A stretch of DNA of 64,000 nucleotides from Nibricoccus sp. (GTDB lineage: Bacteria > Verrucomicrobiota > Verrucomicrobiia > Opitutales > Opitutaceae). The stretch spans positions 544,001 through 608,000 of the forward strand of contig JASGHG010000001.1 of NCBI GenBank assembly GCA_047602425.1, read 5' to 3'. Position numbers and translations under genes: made by a program. Below, piece after piece: positions 25,753 through 34,221 of the stretch (positions are counted from its first letter, which is position 1; every line of letters starts with the position of its first letter). The notes beneath the pieces are model-generated. The model saw nothing but the letters and a program-made list of their open reading frames with translations. It was not told the DNA's origin and did not search any database.

Positions 25753-28497
25753 TCAAGTTTGGGCCAGGACTTCCGCCACGGCGGAACTCAGGCTGGCGGT
25801 GGTAAGCGGTTTTTCGAGGATTCTATTGATGGAGAACTCCATCGCTTTGGCTCGGTCTTGATCTGAAAGATAACCGGTTAAAAGAATCACACGGAGGGCC
25901 GGCCGAATTTTCCGCAACTGCGCAATGAGTTCGAAGGCATTGAACCCCGGCATGGAAAAGTCCGTGATCAACAAGTCGCACTCCCCGCCTGACCGAAAAT
26001 TTTCGATCACGACCTGCGGATGCCCGAAGGTCGTGACCCGATAGCCGAGGGGGCCGAGCAGCCGCGCGCCCATACGCGTGAGCGATTCCTCGTCGTCCAC
26101 AAACACAATACACTGGCCTTGCCCACGTGGCAGCGGATCCCGGGTGCCTGCGATTTCCTTTCGCGTCGTCGCGTTCTCGACGACGGGAAAATACAAATGG
26201 AACACCGTGCCCTTGCCCGGCGAACTGTAAACCGTGACCGCCGCCTGATGGCTGCGCACAATGCCATGCACGACGGAGAGCCCCAAGCCGGTTCCCTGCC
26301 CTGGAGGTTTGGTGGTATAAAACGGTTCGAATATCCGGCTCACGACCTCCTGCGGCATACCGCAACCGTCGTCCCGCACCGCGAGATGCAGGTGCGGTCC
26401 CGGATGCAGCCCGGGATGCAATGACACCACCTCAGGACCCAGGTCGACTGCCTCCTCCACAATCTCGATCACGCCGTTGCGCACGCCAATTGCCTGCGAG
26501 GCGTTGGTACAAAGATTCAGCATCACCTGATAAAGCTGCGTGGGATCCGCCATGATATGCGGCGACGCCTTGACCGTGTGCCGTAGCGTGATCGTCACCG
26601 GAATCGTTGCGCGCAAAAATTTGATTAATTCCTCCAAGATCGGCGTCACGCACAGCGCCTCGCGCTGCGGTTTCGCGTGTCGCGAGAATGTAAGAATCTG
26701 GCGTACCAAATGGGCGGCTCGATTGGTTGCGGTGCGGATATCGTCCATGAGTCCCCGCGCCGGATGGTCTTCAGGCATGTCCGTAATCACCATCTCGGCA
26801 TTGCCGAGTATGGCGGACAGGATGTTGTTGAAATCGTGGGCAATGCCGCTGGCGAGGGTTCCGATCGCATCCATTTTCTGACTTAGGCGAACCTGCTCCT
26901 CCAGCCGTGACTCCTGGGTGATATCCTGGGCGATCAGCAAATAACGCGTGGGTTCTTCCGGAGCCGGTTGAATCGGCGTCACGACGAGTTGAAGAATTGT
27001 CGGAGCTCCTTGGTTGCGAGGGATGGCAATTCGTTCCTGCCAGCTTCGCTTTTCGGCGGTCGCACGGACCACCGCAGAAAAAGGCTGCGGATTGCCGCGG
27101 GCGTCCCGCCAAAGCACCGTGGTGTTGGGTAACTGCCCTGGTTCGGCTGGTGGCAGCACCCGTGACAGCGCCGCGTTGGCGTAAAACGCGGTACCGTCGT
27201 CGTTGAGCAGGGCGATCTGCTCGGTCGCCTGCTCGATGGCGGTCATGAGCAGTTGGAGGCGTTCGTTGCTGCGTCGCAGCGCGACTTCAGCCCTCTGACG
27301 ACGAAGATTAGTCGCGACCAAAAACACGACGGCAGCGGTAAGAACAACGATCACCCCAAGCGTCGCGAAAATACGCCCGCGATAGTGTTCATAGAAACCC
27401 TGCGGTTGGTTGAAAACTTCCGAGCCCGTTGGCAGCAAATTTAAGTCGATGCCGTGCCGAACCAATTGACCATAGTTAAAAGCCATTCGTGTCGGGCTCT
27501 TCGTGAGCACTGGGATTTGAGAGGCTTTCTCGCCGCGCAGAATCCGGCTGGCCATTTCGCCCGCCGCCTCGCCGTGACGGATGCTTGAAAGCATCGACCC
27601 TCCCAGCCCAAACCATAAGGCGTTCTCCAAATCCATGCCATAGGCGACAGGCAACGCGGGTTGCGAAAACAAAAAAATCGGCACCGCACTGCGCCTGGCC
27701 ACTTCATGGATAAAAGCCGCATCCTCGGAAACGATGCGTCCCTTCGAATCGCGGGCGTTGCCAATCACCAGCGCGGCGTCATCGGGTGGGAGCGCCGCCA
27801 TCCGTCCCGGAAGATCTTCGACGGTCCAGTCGGGCAAAACTCGAAAGTCGAACTCCTCTTTATAGTTCGCCGCCACTCGATTGAAGGCGGCCACTGTTTC
27901 CGATACTCCCGAGGCCGTATCGCATATCAAATGGATCGTGTGTGACTGCGACCTCAGCTTCCGGATCAGTTCTAGGTTTCCGCTGAAATCGAATGCTTCG
28001 GCTACACCCGTCACTTGTGGCTGTCCCGCGAGCATTTCCGGACGAAAATTGTTCACCCCCGCGAAAACGATCGGCGTATCGGGCGAAAGACGTTGGCGGT
28101 GCGCGAACGCAAATTGGAGCGCAAAATCATCGAGCGTCACAATCAGGTCGAACCGCACGCCGTTATACTTGCGAAGCAGAAACTCGAACAACAGTTCCGA
28201 ATGTGCCGCCGAAGTGTCTCTTTTGCCGTCGAGAAACTCCACGTTTGGTATCATCGCCGGAAATTCGCGCATGAGCACGCGTTGCAGGCCGTGCAATTCG
28301 CCGTCGCTCCAGCTATAACCGGCATGGTACGAATTGAGCACCAGCACTCGCGGCAAAACCGGCGTCGCGCCCGCCTCCGCGCTTCGAGCTTCACTCGCCG
28401 CCACGATTGTCATCGTCGCGACAGCAAAACTCATCACCGCTCTCACCAAAAAGCGGGGCAACAATTGCTTCCAGAATAAGTTTCTTGGAGATGCCAA
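25753..28497 (-). CDS. Hybrid sensor histidine kinase (periplasmic binding-protein-like sensor, PAS, HisKA, HATPase, receiver)
   Basis: VLVLNSYH..Y.W, GIAHDFNNIL, NLCTNA, DDGCGM, FEPFYTTK..G.GTGLGL, FVDDE...ITDFSMPG. Confidence 0.92.
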   Translation of the reverse strand: MASPRNLFWKQLLPRFLVRAVMSFAVATMTIVAASEARSAEAGATPVLPRVLVLNSYHAGYSWSDGELHGLQRVLMREFPAMIPNVEFLDGKRDTSAAHSELLFEFLLRKYNGVRFDLIVTLDDFALQFAFAHRQRLSPDTPIVFAGVNNFRPEMLAGQPQVTGVAEAFDFSGNLELIRKLRSQSHTIHLICDTASGVSETVAAFNRVAANYKEEFDFRVLPDWTVEDLPGRMAALPPDDAALVIGNARDSKGRIVSEDAAFIHEVARRSAVPIFLFSQPALPVAYGMDLENALWFGLGGSMLSSIRHGEAAGEMASRILRGEKASQIPVLTKSPTRMAFNYGQLVRHGIDLNLLPTGSEVFNQPQGFYEHYRGRIFATLGVIVVLTAAVVFLVATNLRRQRAEVALRRSNERLQLLMTAIEQATEQIALLNDDGTAFYANAALSRVLPPAEPGQLPNTTVLWRDARGNPQPFSAVVRATAEKRSWQERIAIPRNQGAPTILQLVVTPIQPAPEEPTRYLLIAQDITQESRLEEQVRLSQKMDAIGTLASGIAHDFNNILSAILGNAEMVITDMPEDHPARGLMDDIRTATNRAAHLVRQILTFSRHAKPQREALCVTPILEELIKFLRATIPVTITLRHTVKASPHIMADPTQLYQVMLNLCTNASQAIGVRNGVIEIVEEAVDLGPEVVSLHPGLHPGPHLHLAVRDDGCGMPQEVVSRIFEPFYTTKPPGQGTGLGLSVVHGIVRSHQAAVTVYSSPGKGTVFHLYFPVVENATTRKEIAGTRDPLPRGQGQCIVFVDDEESLTRMGARLLGPLGYRVTTFGHPQVVIENFRSGGECDLLITDFSMPGFNAFELIAQLRKIRPALRVILLTGYLSDQDRAKAMEFSINRILEKPLTTASLSSAVAEVLAQT

Positions 28498-28622
28498 GCG
28501 GTTACAATGGGGGTAAACGCACGCCGCAACATGGTGACAAAGTTCACGCGCGCAACCCGTTTGCGTTGAACTTTTCCGCCAAAATCGCCTCCCGCCCGAA
28601 CCAATCTACTCCTGAGCCGCGT

Positions 28623-29090
28623 TTACTCGCGAAAATCCGTGTTATAAGTCTCCACCGCTTCGTCTTTGTCGTTAAGCAGTGTCACAAAAATGCGGAAATT
28701 ATGCGGCGGCAACACCGGCGGCGGCGAAATCAGCGACTGGCCGTCGCTCGAAGCGTTGAGGATGCGACGCTCGTCGCCTTTCTTGTTTTTCGGACTCCAG
28801 CGAACCGCGGCGCGGGTCACATCGGGCGCCTTCGGCATTTTCTTGGTGTCGTAGAAAGCGATCTTGAAGCAATTATTCTCAATCGTAACGGAAAGGAAAC
28901 TGCCGTCCGCGCGATTGATCACGGTTCCTGGAACCACCGGCTCGGCTTCTTCAGGTTTGGCGGTTTCTTCTTGTTGCGCTGGCGCGGGACCAGCTTTGCG
29001 CTTGGCGGGTGCTTGGGCCAGCAAAGGAGCCACAAGGCCAAACGAAGCGACCAATAACAACGACTTCGCGAAAGCAGCGTTGATCTTCAT
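28623..29090 (-). CDS. Hypothetical secreted protein
   Basis: Signal peptide (…LLAQ), Pro/Ala/Glu linker, beta-rich domain. Confidence 0.65.
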   Translation of the reverse strand: MKINAAFAKSLLLVASFGLVAPLLAQAPAKRKAGPAPAQQEETAKPEEAEPVVPGTVINRADGSFLSVTIENNCFKIAFYDTKKMPKAPDVTRAAVRWSPKNKKGDERRILNASSDGQSLISPPPVLPPHNFRIFVTLLNDKDEAVETYNTDFRE

Positions 29091-29250
29091 ATGCCAACTG
29101 CTTACGCGACCCGGGAATCATCGCAAGCCTCATTCCGTAAAGGCGCGGTAAAAGCCCGCGACTCTCCACGCAAAGCTGCCCTCAACCCGGCTGTCACGGC
29201 TCGCGCACTTCCACGTCGCATTTCCGCTTTTTTCCATTTTTAACACGCCC

Positions 29251-30348
29251 ATGCAATTGACCAAACATTGGGCCGCCGTTCTCAACGATTACGTGATCGA
29301 CCTCGCGTGGTCGCCCGACGGCACACAACTCGCCGCCGCCTCCGCCGCCGGACCTGTATCCATTTTCAAGGGACAAGATGGCGCCAAACTTCACGAACTC
29401 CCTGGCCACGACGATGGCACGAACTGCCTCGCCTGGCGGCCAGAAGCCGGAAGTCAGAAGCCAGAGGCCAGAAATCAGAAAACAGAACAGACGCCTCCGA
29501 ATAGCGACCTAGCCGCTGGCCTCCGGCCTCTGACTTCTGGTTCCACCCTCGCCACCGGCGGGCAGGATGGAAAAGTTAAACTCTGGGACCCCACCGCCGG
29601 CCAGCACACCGCCACTGCCGAACTCGGCAATGCCTGGATCGAGCATCTTGCCTGGCGGCCCGACGGCGCAACGCTCGCCGCCGCCGCTGGACGGGAACTC
29701 TTTTTCCTTAACGCCGATGCTTCGCTTCGTCATCGCTTCAAGCCCGCGCCCAAAACACTGTCTGCCATTGCCTGGCAGCCCAAGGGCGGTTGCCTCGCCG
29801 CGGCGTATTTCGGCGGCGTTTGCCTGTGGGATGCCGACGATTTCATCGCTCAAAAAGAATACGCCTATGGCAACGGCATCCACGCCCTCGTCTGGTCACC
29901 CGATAGCAAATGGTTGGTCTCCGGCAATCAGGACCCGAGCGTGCACCTCTGGGTGCCCGAGACCGATCTCGAACTCAACATGAGCGGATACGAAGGCAAG
30001 GTGAAGGAACTTTCCTACGACCGAACCAGTCGCTGGCTTGCCACGGGCGGCGGCAAGGACGCTTGCATTTGGGACTGCTCGGGCGACGGCCCCGAGGGAC
30101 GCGAGCCGCTGATGTTTCCGCACGATGCCAAAGTCTGTGCGGTCGCTTTCCAGCGCTCGCATGGCTTGCTTGCCAGCGCTTCGCAGGACGGCACGCTCAT
30201 GCTCTGGAGTCCGGACCGCAAACAGCCGCTGATGGCCACCGTGCGCATGCCCACGCCTGCCACAAAACTCAGTTGGTCACCCAATGACGAACTTCTCGCC
30301 ATCGGCAGTGAAAAAGGCGCCGTCTACGTGCTGCGGTGCGAAAACTAA
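29251..30348 (+). CDS. WD40 repeat protein
   Basis: LAWSPDG, LATGGQDGKVKLWD, LVWSPDSKWLVSG, LASASQDG repeats. Confidence 0.88.
   Translation: MQLTKHWAAVLNDYVIDLAWSPDGTQLAAASAAGPVSIFKGQDGAKLHELPGHDDGTNCLAWRPEAGSQKPEARNQKTEQTPPNSDLAAGLRPLTSGSTLATGGQDGKVKLWDPTAGQHTATAELGNAWIEHLAWRPDGATLAAAAGRELFFLNADASLRHRFKPAPKTLSAIAWQPKGGCLAAAYFGGVCLWDADDFIAQKEYAYGNGIHALVWSPDSKWLVSGNQDPSVHLWVPETDLELNMSGYEGKVKELSYDRTSRWLATGGGKDACIWDCSGDGPEGREPLMFPHDAKVCAVAFQRSHGLLASASQDGTLMLWSPDRKQPLMATVRMPTPATKLSWSPNDELLAIGSEKGAVYVLRCEN
29441..29543. repeat. 7-bp tandem repeats with inverted partner arm, in frame inside the WD40 gene
   Basis: CAGAAGC-like x7 (29441-29489) and CTGGCCT-CCGGCCT-CTGACTT-CTGGTTC (29516-29543). 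Confidence 0.8.
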
Positions 30349-30366
30349 ATTTTCTTCGACCGCAAG

Positions 30367-30954
30367 TTACGGCGTCTTCGGTGCCGATGGCTCGGACGCT
30401 GGCGCCGATGGCTGTGTTGTTGGCGCCTGTCCGCTGGTTGGAGAACCAGGAGATTTCTCGCCCGCAGGCGGCGGAGGAGGTTTTTCTCCAGCCGGTGGTG
30501 GCGGCGGCGGACGATCTCCGCGCGCCATGGCGGCCGCACGTTCCGCTTCCTTCTTTTTGAAACGTTCCTGCCGCTCAATGATCAATTGTTGATATTTCGG
30601 TTTCTGCTCTTCGGTGAGCAGGGCCATCACCTGCGCATCGAGCTTTTCCGTGATGTTGCCCATCTCGTGAAACGACTGTTCGCGCAATTGGCGAAACTCA
30701 GCCTGGGCTGTCTGAATAAAAGGATCGAGCTGTGCTTTCTGTTCGGGAGTGATGCCAACCTTTTCGATAAAAAGTTTTTGGAAACGCGCTGACCATTCCT
30801 CAACCGGCCGACGGGGCTGATTTTGCACCTGAGTCGTTGGCTCGGTTTTTCTATTTCCTTTCTCGCAGGCCATGCGCAGGCCGGTGAAATGTCCGGCCAC
30901 GCCTCCCGCCAGGAAGATGCAAAGGAAAATGAGGATGGCCTTTCCGTTAAACAT
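30367..30954 (-). CDS. Spy/CpxP-like periplasmic or membrane-anchored protein
   Basis: IFLAGGVAG anchor, ITPEQK and LLTEEQK motifs, Pro-rich tail. Confidence 0.65.
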   Translation of the reverse strand: MFNGKAILIFLCIFLAGGVAGHFTGLRMACEKGNRKTEPTTQVQNQPRRPVEEWSARFQKLFIEKVGITPEQKAQLDPFIQTAQAEFRQLREQSFHEMGNITEKLDAQVMALLTEEQKPKYQQLIIERQERFKKKEAERAAAMARGDRPPPPPPAGEKPPPPPAGEKSPGSPTSGQAPTTQPSAPASEPSAPKTP

Positions 30955-30955
30955 G

Positions 30956-31258
30956 TCAGGAAAGGGTCAGGTATTCCGCGACAGGATCGACGTCAGAATC
31001 GTGTTCGACGTCGACCACGCTTGTCACTGTGGAGTAATTCGCCGCGATACTCACAGCCATCAACATCAGGGCCAGCGTGAGCGCTCGCCAGGAAAAGTGA
31101 TTGAGCGCGGACTGCAGCGAGGGCCGTTCGACCGCTGCCATTGCGAGGGAGGCGACCCGGACTGAAAATCCATAAGGCGCTGCATCATCGGTCCTTAAGT
31201 CAGGCGCCTGACGGGCAGCAGCGACGAGGCGCTGCCAGGGGGTGGTGGATTTTTTCAT
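30956..31258 (-). CDS. Putative anti-sigma factor
   Basis: APYGFSVRV motif and single TM helix; overlaps the ECF sigma stop. Confidence 0.6.
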   Translation of the reverse strand: MKKSTTPWQRLVAAARQAPDLRTDDAAPYGFSVRVASLAMAAVERPSLQSALNHFSWRALTLALMLMAVSIAANYSTVTSVVDVEHDSDVDPVAEYLTLS

Positions 31259-31851
31259 GAGCGTTCCTTTCGTTTTAACTGTTCAAAAAGTTTTTGCAAT
31301 TTCCGCCGCGCACGAAATGCACGGACTTTGATGAGGGTGGTGCTCCACCCGGTGTGTTCACTGATTTCGATCAGCGTTTTCTGTTCCAGATCGAGCATGC
31401 GAATGACGAGTTGGTCATCCGGTTTGAGTTGTTCGAGAAGTTTGTCGACGAGTTCGCGCGCTGCGAGCGCATCGCCCGCACTGACGTCGTTTTCGCTCGT
31501 GAGGACGGCATCGAGCACGTCGGCTTCATTCTCCGAGAGATCGGCCCAGCGAAATTCCGGCCGCCGTTTTTGAGCGCGCAGGTGATCGATGCAGGTCGTC
31601 ACCGCGATGCGCGACACCCAGTGCGGAAAAGGCACGGCTCCTTGAAACTGGCCAAGACGGGTGAAGACTTTCATAAACACCTCCTGGGCGAGATCTTCCT
31701 CGGCCACTCGGCGAGGCAAATGGGCGCGTACGATGCGAATGACCAGCGGATGGAGATGTTCGACGAGTTGGCGCGCAGCCGCCTGATCGTTGGCCCGAAC
31801 ACGTTCGAGGCAAGCGACCAGATCGAACGCTGTATCAACGTCGTCGGACAT
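31255..31851 (-). CDS. ECF RNA polymerase sigma-70 factor
   Basis: EDLAQEVFMKVF, WVSRIA...CIDHLR, EISE.TGWS...IKVRAFRARRKL. Confidence 0.92.
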   Translation of the reverse strand: MSDDVDTAFDLVACLERVRANDQAAARQLVEHLHPLVIRIVRAHLPRRVAEEDLAQEVFMKVFTRLGQFQGAVPFPHWVSRIAVTTCIDHLRAQKRRPEFRWADLSENEADVLDAVLTSENDVSAGDALAARELVDKLLEQLKPDDQLVIRMLDLEQKTLIEISEHTGWSTTLIKVRAFRARRKLQKLFEQLKRKERS

Positions 31852-31966
31852 GGAACGATGGAAGCTTTGTCATGCACAAAGATCAAGACGGCTATAGCCC
31901 CGGCAAGTTACCCACCAAACCCCTTCTTGACTCCTCCCCTCATGTGCCGATATCAGCCCTATCTAC

Positions 31967-32097
31967 ATGCGAAACTTCGCTCAGGCGCTTCGACTTACCT
32001 AGACGCACGATCCAAACGGGCCGCGTAGTCGGCCGATCGTGCGTCCCGCCTTTTGAGTGATCGTCCGCCAGCCGCCTTTCAGCGAGCGTGGTGTTTT
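31967..32097 (+). promoter_or_regulatory. Candidate leucine leader peptide/attenuator upstream of leuA
   Basis: ORF MRNFAQALRLT* (31967-32002, two CTT Leu codons), followed by an 11-bp perfect stem GACGCACGATC/GATCGTGCGTC and a second imperfect hairpin + TTTT. Confidence 0.5.
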
Positions 32098-32143
32098 ACT
32101 CGTCCTGTTCGGTAAAACCTTTAATTCGTTAGTCCGTTTCGTC

Positions 32144-33808
32144 ATGCAAACTCCGCCCGTCACCAAATACCGGCCTTTTCCGCCGGTGAATCTGCCCAAC
32201 CGCCAGTGGCCCAATCGCACGCTGACCCGCGCTCCCATCTGGTGCAGCGTCGATCTTCGCGATGGCAACCAAGCCCTCGCCCAGCCCATGAGCGTCGAGG
32301 AAAAACTCGAGTACTTCGACCTGCTGGTGAAGATCGGCTTCAAGGAAATCGAAGTCGGTTTCCCCTCCGCCTCGCAGATCGAATTCGATTTTTGCCGCCG
32401 CCTGATCGACGAAAAACGCATTCCCAATGACGTCGCCATCCAACTCCTCTGCCAATGCCGTGAGGAATTGATCGCGCGCTCCTGCGAAGCCGTCGCCGGC
32501 GCGAAAAACGTCATCTTCCATCTCTACAACTCCACGTCGCCCGCGCAGCGCCAATACGTCTTCAACGCCGACAAGGCCGAGATCAAACGCATCGCCACGC
32601 ACGCCACCAGCTTGGTGAAAGACTACGCGCGCAAGCTCACCGCCGCCGGGACCAAGCTGCGTTTCCAGTATTCGCCCGAAAGCTTCACCAGTACCGAACT
32701 GGATTTCGCGTTGGAGATTTGCGAGGCCGTTACCGATGTCTGGCAACCGACCGCCACCGACAAAATCATCCTGAATCTGCCCGCCACCGTCGAATATGCC
32801 ACGCCCAATGTCCACGCCGACCAGATCGAGTGGATGTGCACGCACCTGACCCGCCGGGACCGAACCATCGTCTCCCTGCACACGCACAACGACCGCGGCA
32901 CCGGCGTGGCCGCGACCGAACTGGCCATGCTGGCCGGCGCCGATCGTGTCGAGGGCACGCTCTTCGGCAATGGCGAGCGCACCGGCAATCTCGACATCGT
33001 CACTGTCGCGCTGAACCTCTATACCCACGGCATTCACCCGGGATTGGACTTCAGCGACATCAACCTCATCCGCGAGGTTTACGAGCGCGTCACCAAGCTC
33101 GAAGTTCCCGTGCGCCAGCCCTACGCTGGCGAGTTGGTTTTCACCGCATTCTCTGGCTCGCACCAAGATGCGATCAAGAAATCGTGGGAAAAACAGCGTC
33201 CTGGGTCGCCGTGGGACGTGTTGTACATTCCGCTCGACCCGGCGGACATCGGCCGCAGCTACAAGGCGATCATCCGCATCAACTCGCAATCGGGAAAAGG
33301 CGGCGTCGCCTATATCCTGGAAAACGAGTATGGCCTGCAATTGCCCAAGCTCATGCACAAGGAAATCGGCAAGATCATCAACGATCTGGCCGACGCCAAG
33401 GGCACCGAGCTCTCGTCGCAGGAGATTCACGACACGTTCATTCGCGAATACATCGAACGCGCCACGCCGGTCGCACTCGAGCATTTCAAGAGCGTCGAAC
33501 GCGACGGCATTGTCACTTGCGAAGCGCTCATCCGCGTCAACGGCCGCTCGAACAAACTGCATGCTCAGGGCAACGGTCCGATCGATGCTTTCGTGCGCGC
33601 GCTGGCAGACGCCGGCCTGCCGAAGTTCGAAATATTGAACTACTCGGAACACTCGCTTGGCAAAGGCGCGCAAGCCCGAGCCATCTCCTACATCCAGATC
33701 AAAGCCGAACGAGGCAACACCTACTATGGTGCCGGCACCGACACCAACATCGAGTACGCCTCGATCAAGGCCGTCGTCAGCGCCCTCAACCGCTCGATGG
33801 CGAAGTGA
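32144..33808 (+). CDS. leuA: 2-isopropylmalate synthase (yeast/actinobacterial-type LeuA)
   Basis: WCSVDLRDGNQAL, YSPESF, NLPATVE, HTHNDRG, GNGERTGN, AFSGSHQDAI, GNGPIDA. Confidence 0.96.
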   Translation: MQTPPVTKYRPFPPVNLPNRQWPNRTLTRAPIWCSVDLRDGNQALAQPMSVEEKLEYFDLLVKIGFKEIEVGFPSASQIEFDFCRRLIDEKRIPNDVAIQLLCQCREELIARSCEAVAGAKNVIFHLYNSTSPAQRQYVFNADKAEIKRIATHATSLVKDYARKLTAAGTKLRFQYSPESFTSTELDFALEICEAVTDVWQPTATDKIILNLPATVEYATPNVHADQIEWMCTHLTRRDRTIVSLHTHNDRGTGVAATELAMLAGADRVEGTLFGNGERTGNLDIVTVALNLYTHGIHPGLDFSDINLIREVYERVTKLEVPVRQPYAGELVFTAFSGSHQDAIKKSWEKQRPGSPWDVLYIPLDPADIGRSYKAIIRINSQSGKGGVAYILENEYGLQLPKLMHKEIGKIINDLADAKGTELSSQEIHDTFIREYIERATPVALEHFKSVERDGIVTCEALIRVNGRSNKLHAQGNGPIDAFVRALADAGLPKFEILNYSEHSLGKGAQARAISYIQIKAERGNTYYGAGTDTNIEYASIKAVVSALNRSMAK

Positions 33809-33857
33809 CAAGGCAAGGCACGTTACCCAACGCGCCGCTTCGACCAAAGTTCTCCCC

Positions 33858-33890
33858 AGGGCGGACCAATACGGTCCGCCCTTTTCTTTT
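33858..33890 (+). terminator. Rho-independent terminator of leuA
   Basis: AGGGCGGACC-AATAC-GGTCCGCCCT-TTTCTTTT. Confidence 0.85.
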
Positions 33891-33978
33891 GCAAAACCAC
33901 CCCTAGTACCAACCAGCCAGTCTTTCCGCAAAACCGCCAAAAAACATATCCTACCCCCATCTCACGCTCCAGAACCGT

Positions 33979-34058
33979 TCGTCATCCATTAGATGACAAA
34001 ACAGGGCTGCCAACAATGATCATGAGCTTCAATCAACTTGTCATCTATTGGATGACAA
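33979..34058. promoter_or_regulatory. Pair of 21-bp palindromes (candidate operators)
   Basis: TCGTCATCCA-T-TAGATGACAA (33979-33999) and TTGTCATCTA-T-TGGATGACAA (34038-34058). Confidence 0.6.
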
Positions 34059-34221
34059 ACAGTTCGGGTGAGATCGACCCCGATGTGGAGTCATTTAGTT
34101 CGGGGTCGTGCGATCTTGAGGCCCCCAAAAGGATTGGACTGGAGATTACGGTGCATTTCCGATGCGTCCTTTTTCTTTTGCCAGTTTTGAAACCGGGGCG
34201 GATAAAAGACGTCCCTTTCCC

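Noticed and set aside
32129..33940. 603-aa minus-strand ORF, and similar long antisense ORFs (6555-7574, 14904-15881, 46836-48110, 56828-58006)
   Set aside because: They mirror well-supported genes (leuA, epimerase, ftsY, eno/ankyrin, ATPase); stop-poor antisense frames are expected with strong GC3 bias, and they show no protein motifs
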